Assembly (NCBI RefSeq): GCF_009914755.1
Contig: NC_060935.1
Source of the DNA: the human T2T-CHM13v2.0 reference genome, Homo sapiens
Length of the DNA stretch: 64,000 bases
Strand: one strand, 5' to 3'
Position 1 is the stretch's first letter; every line of letters starts with the position of its first letter. Below, piece after piece: positions 43,600 to 57,600 of this stretch. Both the position numbers and the translations under genes were made by a program. The notes below the pieces were generated by a model that had not been told where the DNA came from, did not search any database, and saw nothing but the letters and a program-made list of their open reading frames with translations.

Positions 43600-45190
43600 T
43601 TTCTTGCTAATAGGAGCAATAGCTAGAAAGCTCAAATACACAGAAAAATTGCAATAAGAATGAAAAGAATACCCACATGCTCTTTAGACACAATCATCAA
43701 TATTTTGCCCCATTTGTCTTTATATATAAACATTTATGTTTATATATATATTAATATTTACGTATATATTCCTATTATACTTATTTTTCTGGAGCTTTTG
43801 AGATTGAGTCATATATCATGCCTCTTTACCTTTACTTTAGTGTATAACTCCTTACACTAGGATATTCTCTTATATAAATACAAACGTCAACTTAAATTTA
43901 AACAGGATACATTTTACTAATCTACCATTCATTTTCCAATTTTGTTCAATTGAACCACTAAAGTCCTTTATAGTATTTTTTCCCTCCCAGTATAGAAACT
44001 GGTCTAAGATTTTATATTGTATTTATTTGTCATGTCTTTTAATCTACTTCAATCTGGAGTATTCCTTCAGCATTTCTTTGTCTTGCATAACATGGACAGT
44101 TTCAAATCGGACAGATAGTTCTGAATAATGCAGTAAATATTTTTTGTTTTAACAAAATGCTCTGCATTTTGAGTTTGTCTGATGTTTTCATATGGGTAGG
44201 TTCAGGTTATGCATTCTCAGCTGGATTACTACATGTGATATTGGGTCCTTCATAGGGTATCATATCTGAAGGCACACAAGGTCTATCTGCCCTCCTCCAC
44301 CCCTCTTAAATAAAGTTTTATTTTGGAATTATTCCAAATTTACAGAAAAGTTTATAGAGTTCCCATATACCCTTCTCTCAAATCTAAAACATTAAAATAG
44401 GCACATTACAATTAAATAAACTTCAGACTACATTTGGATTTCCCCAGGTTTTCTAGTAATATTTTTTTTTTCTGTTCCAGGACCCAATCCAGGATAGCAC
44501 ACTGTGTTTAGTAGCCATGTCTCCTTAAGCTGCACTGATCTATGTCAGTATCTCAGCCTTTCCTTGTTTGTCATGACTTGGACAGTTTTGACGAGTGTCA
44601 TTCAGTTATGTCGTAGAACTTCTCAATTTGCATTTTTCTCAGGTAATTTCATTTTTATGTTAATTTTAAATACAAAAGTATCTGATTTATCTACCGCATT
44701 GTTGCTATTTCTTTCCTTGATACTAATACAGAGTCTATAGGAAGAGACTTTAAAACCATAAAACTATTCTGCTTCTTATCAAAACCCCTTACCTAAATTC
44801 AGCATCCAGTGATGATTCTTGACTGAAGCAGTCTATAAAATGATTGTAAGAAAATAAGACTTCCAACTCCACCATCCCCTCCAAATATACCACTTTTATT
44901 TGGCATTCTATTGTAAGAAAGAACCCTCTCTCCTCTCCATCTGGGTGTTTTCTTTATTGTTGTTTTTAACTAATGGATTTACATTTTATGAATGGTTTAC
45001 ATTGTCCCTCATTATTTTGATGCTCAAAGTGTCCAAGGTTTTTCCAGAAGAAGCCCTTTCATGTTGGCTCCCAGGTCCCTGTGACATGGCCCCATCAAAT
45101 CTACCAACATTACTTTCTGATATAACAAAGCAGTTCCAAGTTCATCATAACCCATTCCTGCCCCAATCCTGAAGTCAGTCATTCTTTATG
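43600..45190 (-). mobile_element. Nested old L1MC/L1ME 3' fragments
   Basis: ttttattttggaattattccaaatttacagaaaag...gagttcccatatacccttc and ctgttccaggacccaatccaggatagcac, typical of antisense L1MC4/5 3'UTR. Confidence 0.7.
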
Positions 45191-46001
45191 AAAAAGCCGT
45201 TTCTTAAATCTTTCCTGTAACCTGCAAAACAATGTTTCGTAGTAAAAGCTAAATTAGTGACATCAAATACATTTTTAGTGGCAACACTTCTGTTAAATTT
45301 GACTAGGTCTACTAAATATAAACTAGAAATTACATAGACATTTCAAGCTCAGACACCAGTTGGGACCTTCACTCATTTCCACTACATTAAAACAACATTG
45401 TATAAAATAAACATTTAGAACCTTGAGGATAGTTAATTATACATTTTCCTGCATCCTATTAACACCAAACTCAACTGAACACACAAATCTTGCAAGTTAA
45501 CTGTGTTTTCTTGCAGCCATTCCCATATGCTGTCTATCCACATCCCCCACCCACCTCACTCATAATAAATTGTCCCACTCTAACCCCACCCAAAGCATTT
45601 CTCTGTGTGTGTCTAAGGTATTCTTATTTCTTCATAGAGCATTTTGCTCCAGTCTACCTTAATGGAAACATCTTTTGTTTTTTTCTAATGGCAGATGCCT
45701 ATTTTCCCGTTCTCCAAAACTAGTCTCCAAATAAGGGGCACAAAAGCTAAACAATATCATGGCTTCCGATTTCCAATGCTGGCATTGCTTTCTCCTTTTT
45801 ACATACATCTCTCCCTGTTAAAACTACATCAGATTCACTTTCTATATCACATTGCCATGATCTCCTATGGTGAGTCTTCACATTCATTGACTAAGTGAAC
45901 ACATAGTTGTGATGTTTCTTTCCATTTCAAATTTCCTCACAAAGTTAGATGATTTTATTGTCCATTAGGAGTCATTCCAAGTTCTAAATACAGTATTTCT
46001 T

Positions 46002-46301
46002 TCTTTCTTTTTTTTTTTTTTTTTGAGAAGAAGTCTAGCTCTGCTGCCTAGGAGTACAATGGCATGATCTTGGCTCACTGCAACCTCTGCCTCCCAGGTT
46101 CAAGTGATTCTTCTGCCTCAGCCTCCTGAGTAGCTGGGACTACAGGCGCCCACCACTAAGCCTGGGTAATTTTTTGTATTTTTACTAGAGACGGGGTTTC
46201 ACCATTTTGACCATGCTGGTCTCAAACTCCTGACCTCGTGATCCGCCCGCCTCGGCCTCCCAAAGTGCAGGGATTACAGGCATGAGCCACCATGCCCAGC
46301 C
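46002..46301 (-). mobile_element. AluSg-like
   Basis: ctcctgacctcgtgatccgcccgcctcggcc; TSD ctaaata(c/t)agtatttctt at 45984-46001 and 46302-46319. Confidence 0.94.
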
Positions 46302-47476
46302 CTAAATATAGTATTTCTTGTATCCACAACTACAATCTAAGTAAACTCTACTTCAGTTTACTAATTCTCAACAAAATAAACCTAAGATCTCATATTTAAA
46401 TTGATTCAGCTATGAAATAAATTCTAATACATATTTTAAAAAATCGTAACTAGTTATTAATCCTTCCATCTCTCTCTCTCTCATTCCTTTCTTTCCTCCC
46501 TTCTTTCCTTCCTTCCTTCCCTCTCTCTTTCTCTCTCCTCTTCTTTTAAACTGCTTTTCATCAAACGGACACTCCCTGTTTTCTTCCTTTTCATCAGCAC
46601 TATTTTCATCTTGCTTCTTCACCTACCCAGCTTTCATCTTAATTTTTATCATTGCCTTAATTTCTTACAGCACTATAATCACCGAATGCCATTGTCTTTC
46701 CACCATACCCACACCGGAAATCTCAAACTCTGGTTAAACGCAACTATCTCCCTCACCCTGTCTATTTATGTGGAATGCAAACACATAAAATGGCAAAAGT
46801 ATGCAGACTGATATCAGATGTTTACAACTTGTAGTATCAGATGTTACTTAGTCCTACCTGGAAATCATTTTACTTGTTGAGAATCAGCTTCATCTCCCAG
46901 TTCCTTCAATAACTATTCTAAATTTTTACTAAACTAACTTTGTCATTTTTATAGCATATTAATTATCATTGAAAGTAGAACAAAAATAGACAGTATGAAG
47001 CATTACTACCCTTCACTTTTTCCCTAAGCCTACAAATGTATCTCATCTACACAAATCGTATACTTTAGCCTCTGCATTAGGTAAGGTCTTCATCCTCCTA
47101 TGCAAAGCCTTCCCTCTCCCTATGCTCTCGGCCATCACCATGGTCTCTGCTTCGTTTCTCTTCTGCACTTTCAGCTTCTTTCTGTCAACGGGCTCCATCC
47201 TTTTTGCCTCTAAAACTGCTAAAGGCTCTTTCATTCTAACAAACAAACAAACAAAATCTCCAAGAACCTCTGGTCTTTCAAAAGTAGCACTCTCAGTGTT
47301 TTATTCCTTTCTAACCATACTTTTTGTGAAAGAAAATATTTTAATCCCCTTTTTCTAACCTTTTAATTCACAGACCTTGTCACTGATTTATGGAGTCTGT
47401 ATCTACCTCTGAGTTGCAACGTTTCTTCATATAGTCACCAATGACCACCTGATTGGAAATGTATTGATCCTGTTCC

Positions 47477-47827
<351 letters not shown>

Positions 47828-50800
47828 TTAATCTTCCACCTCTCTCTGACATTTGTGCTGTTGATTGCTCTCTCTTTTCTCTTGTATTTCTTTTTTCCTT
47901 TGTAATTTTTCTCTACCTTTCTGGCCACTCTTTGTTTTCCCACTTAACTATCATCTTAATTGTAGAATTACTGTTGTTTATCTTTGAACAATTATTATTC
48001 TTTTATCTTCGTAATCTATATTCTTTTGAGTATTTTTATCCAATCACTTTTATAGCTCTAATTACTTCTCTATATTCCTGATCACAAAGTACTTATTTTA
48101 GCCTCTGTCCCTCACCCAATATTCAGAAATTTGCATCTTCCGTCTACAAGTGTTATTCATTTAGATGCCCTGATAGGACATGAATCCAAGATTCCTTAAC
48201 CAGATTATTTTTCCCTCTTCCATTCCCTATTGATTCATTCTTTCATGGACCCTCTTATGGGGAATGGCATCTCCACAGTGGCAAAACGAAATCTTCCCTC
48301 TTCCTTAAATTCCCAAATTCAATACTGAATCTCACATAAACTCCTGATAGGTCTACTTCTATTTATTAGCATAGTTTCCACTCTCTTAGTTTGTGGTCTT
48401 GCCTGTTTACTCATCAGTCCTTCAAACCCGTTTTTTTTTTTAAAGGCAATTTCCCTCATCTTTCCAAATATATTGATTAACTCTGTTATCACATCTTGAC
48501 ATGACCACCCAGGCTATGGAAACCAATAGACCTGATTGGGTGCCATCACCTTGGCTCAGGCTCTTTACTTATATAACAAAGGCAGCAGAGCACCAGAGTC
48601 TTACAGTAGATGACCCATATGTGCAGAAGACCCCATCCAGTCAGCCTAGCACTTACTTAACCCACAAGCCAGGATACCTCCAGCCAATTACCAACACTAA
48701 GAGACTTTACTTTCCTAGAATGGAAGCGAGAGAGTGTTTGTAGTCCCCCAAACCTCAGAGTTCAATACTTAGTCTTTTTGCTGGACTGGGTTTATAGCTT
48801 AGCAGTGAAATTTGTCCACTCTGCTTAATATTTATTTTATATTTTTCTCCTTAGTGATATTAAAGATTAAATGCTATTGCAGAACATTTATAATTTGGCT
48901 TTTGTTTCTCTTTCAAACTTTGTATCTCACAACTACCTTTTACCAAACATTTTCATACTCTGTATTCCCTTTAAAACAGTAGCAGTGATATTTCCCCGCA
49001 AGTTGTTTTCCACCTTCATCATGCATGTACCTTTAATTTCCAGGTTTTTACCCATTCTTTACAAACTTATACAAGCATCTACTCTTTCCTGGAGTTTTCT
49101 TGTTACGTCTAGGAAGTGAAAACTACTTCTTACTCTGTTCCACCACTCTCTATTATACAAACATTTATTACTTGGCTTCTTGCTTTCTATTGTAGTTTAC
49201 AGTTTTAAGCATGTATACTCTATGAGAACGTAAAATCTTTCATAGCAGGGTACATTTCAATGCAACTCTAAATCACCATCCTTGACACATGTTGCCTATC
49301 CAATAAATGTTTGTTTGATAGCTTTGAATAATCTAATACAACCAGTCAAGATATGTGTAAGGGAAGGAGATTTTTGGCACCAGTAGAACATAGAGAGGCT
49401 TCGAGAAAAAGTGGTACAATTGACCCTCATATGTCCTCTTTAATTTCCTATCAGTATTTAGCACAATGTATTATTTAACCACAGAACAGTTTATTGTTCC
49501 ATTTTATTAAATTTGACTTAATACAGATGAGAAATTTGTGTTTTATTGAAAAAGAAGGAGGACTTTCTGAATATAAATTTACCTAAATGACTCTTCAGTG
49601 GTTACATGATATCAGCATAAGAGGAATTTCAGAATGCTTATATTCCCTTCTCATTTTTCTCATTGTACTCCTTTAACTTCCTTTTTTACTCATATATCCT
49701 TTTAATAGTTCTGATTCATCCCTTTTATTCCATATCATCCTTCTTAATAGTAGCGTATCAGGTGAGTCCTTCAAAGATTTTACCAGGAGTTCTCACCTCT
49801 AATGTATCAGCTTTCTAATGTTCAGATCAATTAAAGTTATTCCCTTGTTTAACACCTTTAATGTTTTGTCATTACTGATTGAAAAATTCCAAACCCCTTA
49901 GCTTTCACCATTCCCTCCATGTTTTTATCCCTATGCAATTTTTCAACCCCAATTTCCTCAGTTTTCTCCTGCCATATGTCATGCTCCAGACAACTTTACA
50001 GTGGTTTCAGACTTTGATGCTTTAGTATACACTGCTGCCTGTCTTTGAAAAGCCATCCTGCCATTCAGCTTTTCCTCTTTGTCTTAGAAACTAGGCATCA
50101 TGGTGTGATGGGATGGGGGCTGAGAAACCTTGGCTTTGGAGAGAATCCTGATTTCAAACTCCAGCTTTTTAAAAGGTCAGCTTTGTGGGCTTCAGCAAAT
50201 TTCTTTTTCACTTCTTTGCATGTTAGTTTACTTATCAGCACAGTTGTGAAAATGTTTAACTGCCAAATATCATGAAGATTAATTCATGTAAAGCATCTTC
50301 CACCTTGAAGAAATTCAAGGATTGTCTCTCAATACCATCACTTTGCTCAAGTGCTCCTTAATTTTTGAAGCTGTGTCCCACCTGTATTAATCCTTTTCTT
50401 CTAGTACCTACCACCATTTTACACTTATCTCAAATTAATTACTGCAATTTCTTGCTAAACTTTTATTTGTCCTGTTATATTGACAGAGGATGTTTGCCTT
50501 ATTCATCATTGTATTTCCTGAGTTTACCAGAGAGGCTAGCATATTTTAGTGACTCAATAAATAGCTAATGAAATGAAAAAATATTGTCCTATTAAAATAC
50601 TTAGTTTAAAACTACAGAGAAGTGCAAATAGATACAAAATAACAAATGCATGTCATTTGAAATGTAACAAAAATATAAACATAATTTATCATTATTTAAT
50701 TTATCAATATTTTCTTCAATGGCAAATGCAAGTTTAAAATATCTGAGAAGTTCTTGGCATTATAATCTTGGTAATGGTAGTTAACTCTCATTCAAGTCAA

Positions 50801-52329
50801 TACCATTCCCACATTCAAGAAACTGTCTTCTGAATTAGGTGAAATTGCTAATGGGAAAGACATTATTTCAAGACCATTTTCTCAGCACAAGGCTGAAATC
50901 GGATGCTCAGTTGGATCAATTATATTCTAATTGCTCATTACCCTTTGAATGCATGAACAGTAATTTGTTTTCAATGAAAATAACACAAGGTTAGTTAAAT
51001 GAAAAGAGGGCCCAACACACAGAGGCACACACAGTATATGCTGTGATTTAATAATAAACATGTTCATGTAACTGTTTAGAAAATTCAATAAATTCCTTAG
51101 CTGTTCAAATATTCTAGATTTTAAAAAGATACTGTTGACTCAAAAACTAAAATAAGCGAAATTGAAAAACGTTTAGTATTTTGACAAAATCTTTGGTGGT
51201 AGGGAAATGGGTATTTTCCAAAAACTTTAGTATTATTTATAATTTTTTGTTACTATTAGTTTATTTAAATTCCATTTGTCAATAAAATTAAAGTTCTTTA
51301 TTCTATGTCAGATTTTCTACTTGGCACTGGGGCAGTGTATTTATGAGTAAAACATTTCTTCCTAAAATGGAACTATTCTGTATTGGCTTTGGTGACATTT
51401 GTTTTTAAAAATTCATGGACAAAAATAATGTGGAGATTTATGTAACAGTTAATAAAAGTGAATCCTTAATCTTATCCTTAAGGAAAAAAAAGATAATATA
51501 CTTCTCTATAAAACTACTTTTCACTGCCATGTCATGAGCATCTTCACATGTCAGCACATTTTTCTAAGCCAAGACGTGTGTTCTATCTAATAAGGTTGAG
51601 TGGTCACATGCTTTTTAATGAAACTAACTCTTACTGATATCCATTTAGTTTTATTTGACTTGTTATGCATTTGTTTATTCCAACCTTTTATTATTCTAAA
51701 TAATCTTATTGCTACAATGACATTCTTTACATACATTTCTTACCTGTCTAATCACTTTTATATCATACATTTGTAGAACCAGAGTTGCTTAAATAGATCA
51801 CTCTGCAGAAAATTATATCCTTCATATATATTATATTATGTAACATAATGCCTATAGCTGTTTTAACAAAAAATATTTTAATCATTTTATTTTAATCATT
51901 AGGCTATGAGGTAAAAATGATATCACATTTTAATACTAATATATCATTTTTCATGTCTAGAAAGAAGTTTAATTTCTTTATTTATCTTCCAACTTTAGCT
52001 ATTATATATTTGCCTTGCAAAATTTTACTCATTTTCTTGTTAAACTGTACATCTTTTTCTTTTTGGCTCTATTTTTATGCTATTCAGGATTGGAAAGTTC
52101 TTTCCAAACTCATGATTATGATTATAAAATTATACTTTTTAATTTTTCCATAATTATTTGCATACCTAGGCTCTATCTCTTTATACATCATATTTATAAC
52201 ATATACTTTCTTAGAAAAATATGCATTTCATCCAAATTTTCACACTTATTTGCATATGGAATTAGGGGTGCTGTTCAGTTCTGGATTTCTTTTGGAAATA
52301 TTAAACTACTCTATTTCTCTGAGAAATAA

Positions 52330-54198
52330 TACATTGATATTTCACCCAATGAGACTTAAGTTTGCTTTCTACTGCATCATAACCTACCCTCTACTGACAG
52401 GTACAGAAATTGGTACTGGAGATGAAGAACTACTGTAAAAAAAACTCCCAAAATAGAAGGTACTAGTTTAAGAAGCTGAAAGGAGTCAGTGAAGAAATGG
52501 TTACTGGAAGCTGGAAGGATGGAATTTCATGTTATCTAATTGTGAAACAGTAAAACCATAACTCACAATAATTTCAAAGGCAGTACTTATAAACTTTAGC
52601 TCTAAGATAAGAGAATGGAAAAGAGGATTTTGACAGCATGTGGGGAATGCTGCTGTCTGCATTAGATAAGGTAGTAAATGACCAAAATGTACTGAGAAAA
52701 TAATAGGTCAATTTGCAAGAAGAAATGAAAGAGAAGAGAAAAGGTCCACAAGTAAGAGGAATTTCACAGAATGGAAGAGGCAACTTCTTCTGAACACCAA
52801 ATAATAAAAGACAAAATTGAGAAATACTTTGAGTGAAAAAAGCTGATAAAAATCCAACCTAGAAATAAAGATGCAATCTAGGCTATGGGCTTTACACCCT
52901 CTTTTAGAACCACTAAATAGATTAAAATGCTTCAACTAGACGAAATAATTCAGTAAAAAAGAAACTCAGAATGTCTCTTCCACGAAAGCCAAAAGACCCA
53001 AAATTAAGTTGAGAGAGAGAAGACAAATAGAGGTAAAGCATAACTTATGTATTACATATATATTCCATATTACACACACACACACAGAGAATCTAAAATA
53101 CTTGTCTATAAAATAACTGTTGGTATGACTATAATTCCATGGGGATAACTGAAATTTCCTGACAAATTTATATTGGCTGTCAACGTATAGTAAAATATAA
53201 TGTGATTGTTCAGGAATTAAAATGACAGCTTGGTCACCAAACACTTATGCCACAAGTGAGCTACGAAAATTGCTCCTTCCTCAAATAGGTCATTTTTCCA
53301 ATGCTCACTTTTCATATGGCTTACAAAAATAAACAAAAAGAAGTTCTGTGAGGTCACAACCAAAGGCCACAGAGAATTAATGGGTAAGCCTCTTCCAGAG
53401 AAAATGGGGCCAAATAAAGGATTATTTTCTACTCTAGAGTAAGATGCCCTGGAAAGTCTGCCTAGAACTTACAAGTTACTACAGGCCAATGGATGCTATG
53501 TCACCCTTTATTCTCCTTTACAAATGGTAAGCATTATCTATTCCATAGTATATTTTGTTTGTGTGAGTTTCAATTAACTTGCTTTTTTTCAGTACATTAA
53601 TTTCTACATCAAGGTGATTCACAGAAAGTAGTATGACACATCATTCCCATTTAGAGTGAAAACTGTGCACCGCCGAGAGATCTTGGACTAATTGATTCTG
53701 AGACTGGGTGGGATTTTGTTTTGTGTGTCTTGGTAAGTGGCAGAGTATAAATTGCTGGAAGGAGAATGAGCCACATGTATGTTGATTAGAATAGAGGACT
53801 CTGGTAGCCATCAGTGTTCTTCAACAAATATTTTTCACTTCCCTCCTTCCAGGTACCCTTGAAAGTTAGCTGAGGTCTTCTTGTAACTGACTATGGCCAA
53901 TGCAACATAAGTAGTAGTAATATATAGCACTTTGGGCCAAAGCTTATTATAGCCAATATGCTTATCAATGTATATCTTCCCATTGTTTCAGTGATTGGGA
54001 AAAAATGAGTTGAAATAAAACCCACAGCCATGTTCCCTTTGTGACAATGATATGTAGATGCTCACAACCGTCTTCCACTGACTCAAACTAGATATGTAGC
54101 ATGAGCAAGAAAATAAACACTTCCGTTACCTTAATCTACTTAGACTTGGGTGTTTGTCTTCTATTGCTACAACATATTCTATTTCAAGGGACTGAATA
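52330..54198 (+). mobile_element. Ancient MLT1 (I/J-like) MaLR element: 5' LTR remnant, internal region (~52407-53800) and 3' LTR (~53801-54198)
   Basis: LTR-int junction acagaaattggtac parallels THE1 acagtaaattggtac; internal ttactggaagctggaaggatgg...catgttat; 3' LTR with tggccaatg, tgtagcatgagcaagaaaataaac and gactgaata. Confidence 0.7.
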
Positions 54199-55384
54199 TC
54201 ATACAAAGCATTTTTTCTAATTATTTTAATGTCCTCTTCTTCTATGGTTACTTCTAATTACGGAGTATTCTAAAATTTCACTGAAGCATTCACATTTATG
54301 TATATTAATGTATGAACTAGCAGTTTCTAGTATAAAACTAATATTAATTGTATAAAGATTGATTTAAAGCCAAAAAGAAAGCATAATAAACACTTCAGCA
54401 AAATTCTATCCCTATCTCTGAGACACTCACTTTATTCACTTTCTCTTCTCTCTATGTTTCAGAAATTTGTACAAATTAATTTTGTAGACTTTTTCAACAA
54501 GAGAATGAGCAAAAAAGCTCCCGTAATTTTTGTACTAAACTTGAAGTAATATATGTTAACTTCTTCTGGTAATAAATTGCTGTGTTGGCCTATATGTCAG
54601 TGAAGCAAGTCCACAGAATAAAGTCAAGTTTCTGTATCTTTTCCTAAATTGATATTTTTGTCATTCCATATAGTGATCCTTGCTACTCTTTTCTTTTTCT
54701 CTTCATTTTATTCTAACTTCCTTTTCACTTTTACTACCATCATGCTTAAGTGACTTTTAAATTACTGTTGCTTTTAGTTAAATTGTCCCCAGATTATTTG
54801 TTTCAATTAATTTATCAATATACTTATCCAAGATGTAAACCTTATGTTTTAAAAAACACTTAAACATTCATTTGTTGTAAACAATACCAAATATTTCCCA
54901 TTGAGGGCCAATGTGACTGAAATAATGTATTGCTACCAGTTTAGATTAAGAAAGTTTGAAAATGGTGGTCTATTATGCTGTATTTTAATTTTCATATATT
55001 ATGAAATGAACCAGATATATTTATATATATCATAGATATATTTAATTTTCATATATCTATGAAATAAACCAGAACGACTCAATGTACAATAGCATTATTC
55101 ATACGTTTTAAATTTGCATAAATTAAGGCTATAATAGTCAGAAATGTTTTAGTTGCAAATGACCAAAACTCAATTCAAAGTGGCTTTAGTTAAAATGATT
55201 ATTATTCTTTTTACTCTCATTCAAATCCAAGTGTCCAAAAATACATTAATAGAAATCAGTCCCTGTCTCTTTCCATGGTTTACTCTGTGTTGACTTCGTT
55301 CTCAAGTTAGCTCTTTAGATGTGGTGCCAAAAGTAGCTGACAACAACTACATGACAGTGTGGCTGGTTTCATGTCAAGAGAAGA

Positions 55385-55523
55385 GGACATCAATGACATC
55401 ACACTGCTCAGAACAGCACTCAATTAAAACTTAAAAAGCGTTTATTTCTGGAGTTCTCCAATTAATATTTTTGGGCTATGGTGAAACCATGGAAAGTGAA
55501 ACCACAAATAAGGGAGAACTACT
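55385..55523 (+). mobile_element. MER44/Tigger7 terminal fragment, next to an MLT1 relic at about 55130-55380 (-)
   Basis: gtttatttctggagttctccaattaatatttt...gaaaccatggaaagtgaaaccacaaataagggagaactact matches my recollection of the MER44 end and TIR. Confidence 0.8.
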
Positions 55524-56056
55524 ATATGTAATATGCAAAATAAAACCTGCTGCTTTATTAATTGTTAAATTCCTCACAGTATTCAAGAGCAAAAATATGG
55601 CTTAAAGCTTCAAAACATTAAAATCGAATTATTCTGACATCAAGTAAGCTTGGGCGGCAAGTTAAAGATTCAAGATGAATTAAAAATATGCTCTACTAAA
55701 GTCAGATATAAAACTGGAGTTAGAATAAATACTGCTTTTTGATATTGAAAAAATAATGAATAAGGAATTAAATGTTATGAAACTAAACTTAACCTGACAG
55801 TCAGTATTTTCCTTAAAACCTTGTTCTCTGGGATTAAAAGATTTCTAACTAATTTTTAATATTGTATTTACCCGAAGAAAATTATTCTATTTCTTGAGGA
55901 AAACTTTATTTTTCAAAATCATTGATAGCAAGTACAAATGTAACCCTATTATTAATGGCTGTGAAAATTGTATATGTGAGATTGACATGATATTGTTCAC
56001 CTGGATCAGTATCTTCTAATAACCAGTGAAGTACGTAGAAGATAACAAATTACATC

Positions 56057-56191
56057 TTTTTTTTTTTTTTTTTTTTTTTTTTTGGAGACAGGGTCTTGCT
56101 TACTGTAAGCTCAAACTCCCAGGCTCAAGGGATCCTCCTGCCTTGGCCTCTCAAGTGCTGAGATTATAGGGATAAGCCATCATGTCCAGCC
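56057..56191 (-). mobile_element. Monomeric Alu (FLAM-like or recombinant J-type monomer)
   Basis: Poly-T plus a ~108-bp body; TSD aaatta(c/t)atctt. Confidence 0.88.
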
Positions 56192-56710
56192 ATAAATTAT
56201 ATCTTGATAGCTCACCATATATACAGTGGAATGCAAATATTAGAAAAACCAGAATGCTCTTGTCAGCATTTACTTTTTAGGAATATAGATTTCTTGTCAA
56301 TCGAGAGGATTAAGTTTATTTTGTATATACGTTAGTACTAAGTGCTGCAGCAGAACATATAAATAAATAAACACCAGTATTCCCTTCCTTTTATGAGTTT
56401 CTAATCTGATAGACAAGACAAACTCCACATGATAAGACTTGCAAACAAACATTCTAGATAGCAAAGAAAGGAAAGAGTATCATGTTGATAAAATCAGATA
56501 TTATAAATCAGGAATTTTGGTGAAAGGAGCTGAGTGTGACTTTTATTTTTATACTTTATTTTGTATTTTTATTGGAACATGAACAGAAGGGGAAAAAGAG
56601 GTTTTGTTTTACAGGTATTATCACCATTATCAGTGTACCCTCCTTTTTTTCCCTTTACTTCCTTAGCATCTCCATCAATTATGTCACTTATTTAACTTTT
56701 CTGTCCCTGT

Positions 56711-56713
<3 letters not shown>

Positions 56714-56764
<51 letters not shown>
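56714..56764. repeat. (CA)n microsatellite, about 25 units
   Basis: Direct reading. Confidence 0.98.
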
Positions 56765-56765
<1 letters not shown>

Positions 56766-57000
56766 TTTTTAAAGTTTTAATGGAGGGACAACTGTCTCTT
56801 TCCTCTTTTACATCAAGCTTCCTGCAGACAAAGTGCTCAATATCTGTGAAAAGATAACAGCATTTAGATGACCAGTGTAAATCAATTTGCATATTTTCTG
56901 TCTATCTAAATGGTGGAAATTTTTATCCATGCTAAAATACAGTGGTTTGGGAATAAAGACACAGAGGCCTTACTGTAAGATAGTTAGAAATATAACTTTT

Positions 57001-57395
57001 GCTGAGAATGATGGTTTCCAGCTTCATCCATGTCCCTGCAAAGGACATGAACTCATCCTTTTTTATGGCTGCATAGTATTCCATGGTGTGTATGTGCCAC
57101 ATTTTCCTTATCCAGTCTATCAGTGATGGGCATAGAAAACCAAACACTGCATGTTCTCACCCATAAGTGGAAGTTGAACAATGAGAACATATGGACACAG
57201 GGAAGGGAACATCACACACTGGGGCCTGTCGGCGGGGTGAGGGGCTAGGGGAGGGATAGCATTAGGAGAAATACCTAATGTAGATGATGGGTTGATGGGT
57301 GCAGCAAACCACCATGGCACATGTATACCTATTTAACAAACCTGTATGTTGTGCACGTGTACCCCAGAACTTAAAGTATAATAATAATAAAAAAA
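57001..57395 (+). mobile_element. L1PA7-like 3' fragment with a 5' inversion (57001-57133 inverted)
   Basis: Antisense ORF2 C-terminal segment, then sense 3'UTR (gatgatgggttgatgggtgcagcaaaccaccatggcac) and poly-A; 15-bp TSD agaaatataactttt at 56986-57000 and 57396-57410. Confidence 0.93.
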
Positions 57396-57600
57396 AGAAA
57401 TATAACTTTTTACAAGCTCTTTAAATGTTTTTGTAAAGACCCAGGTAAGAGTTCAAATAGCCTTACTCATGTATTTCATATATTTATGTGGGAACAGTAA
57501 GAATAAATAAATATAATATTTAGTGCTATAATGAGAGCAAATGTCAAAGTTAGTGCTTAAGTTGTGTGTTTACTTTATCTAGGATGTTCAAGAAGGCTTC

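Noticed and set aside
56932-57147. ORF containing WHIHTMEYYAAIKKDEFMSFAGTWMKLETIILSK
   Set aside because: This is the L1 ORF2 C-terminus in the inverted L1 fragment, not a gene
57231-57256. G-quadruplex-like G-run cluster
   Set aside because: It is the ordinary G-rich tract of the L1 3'UTR
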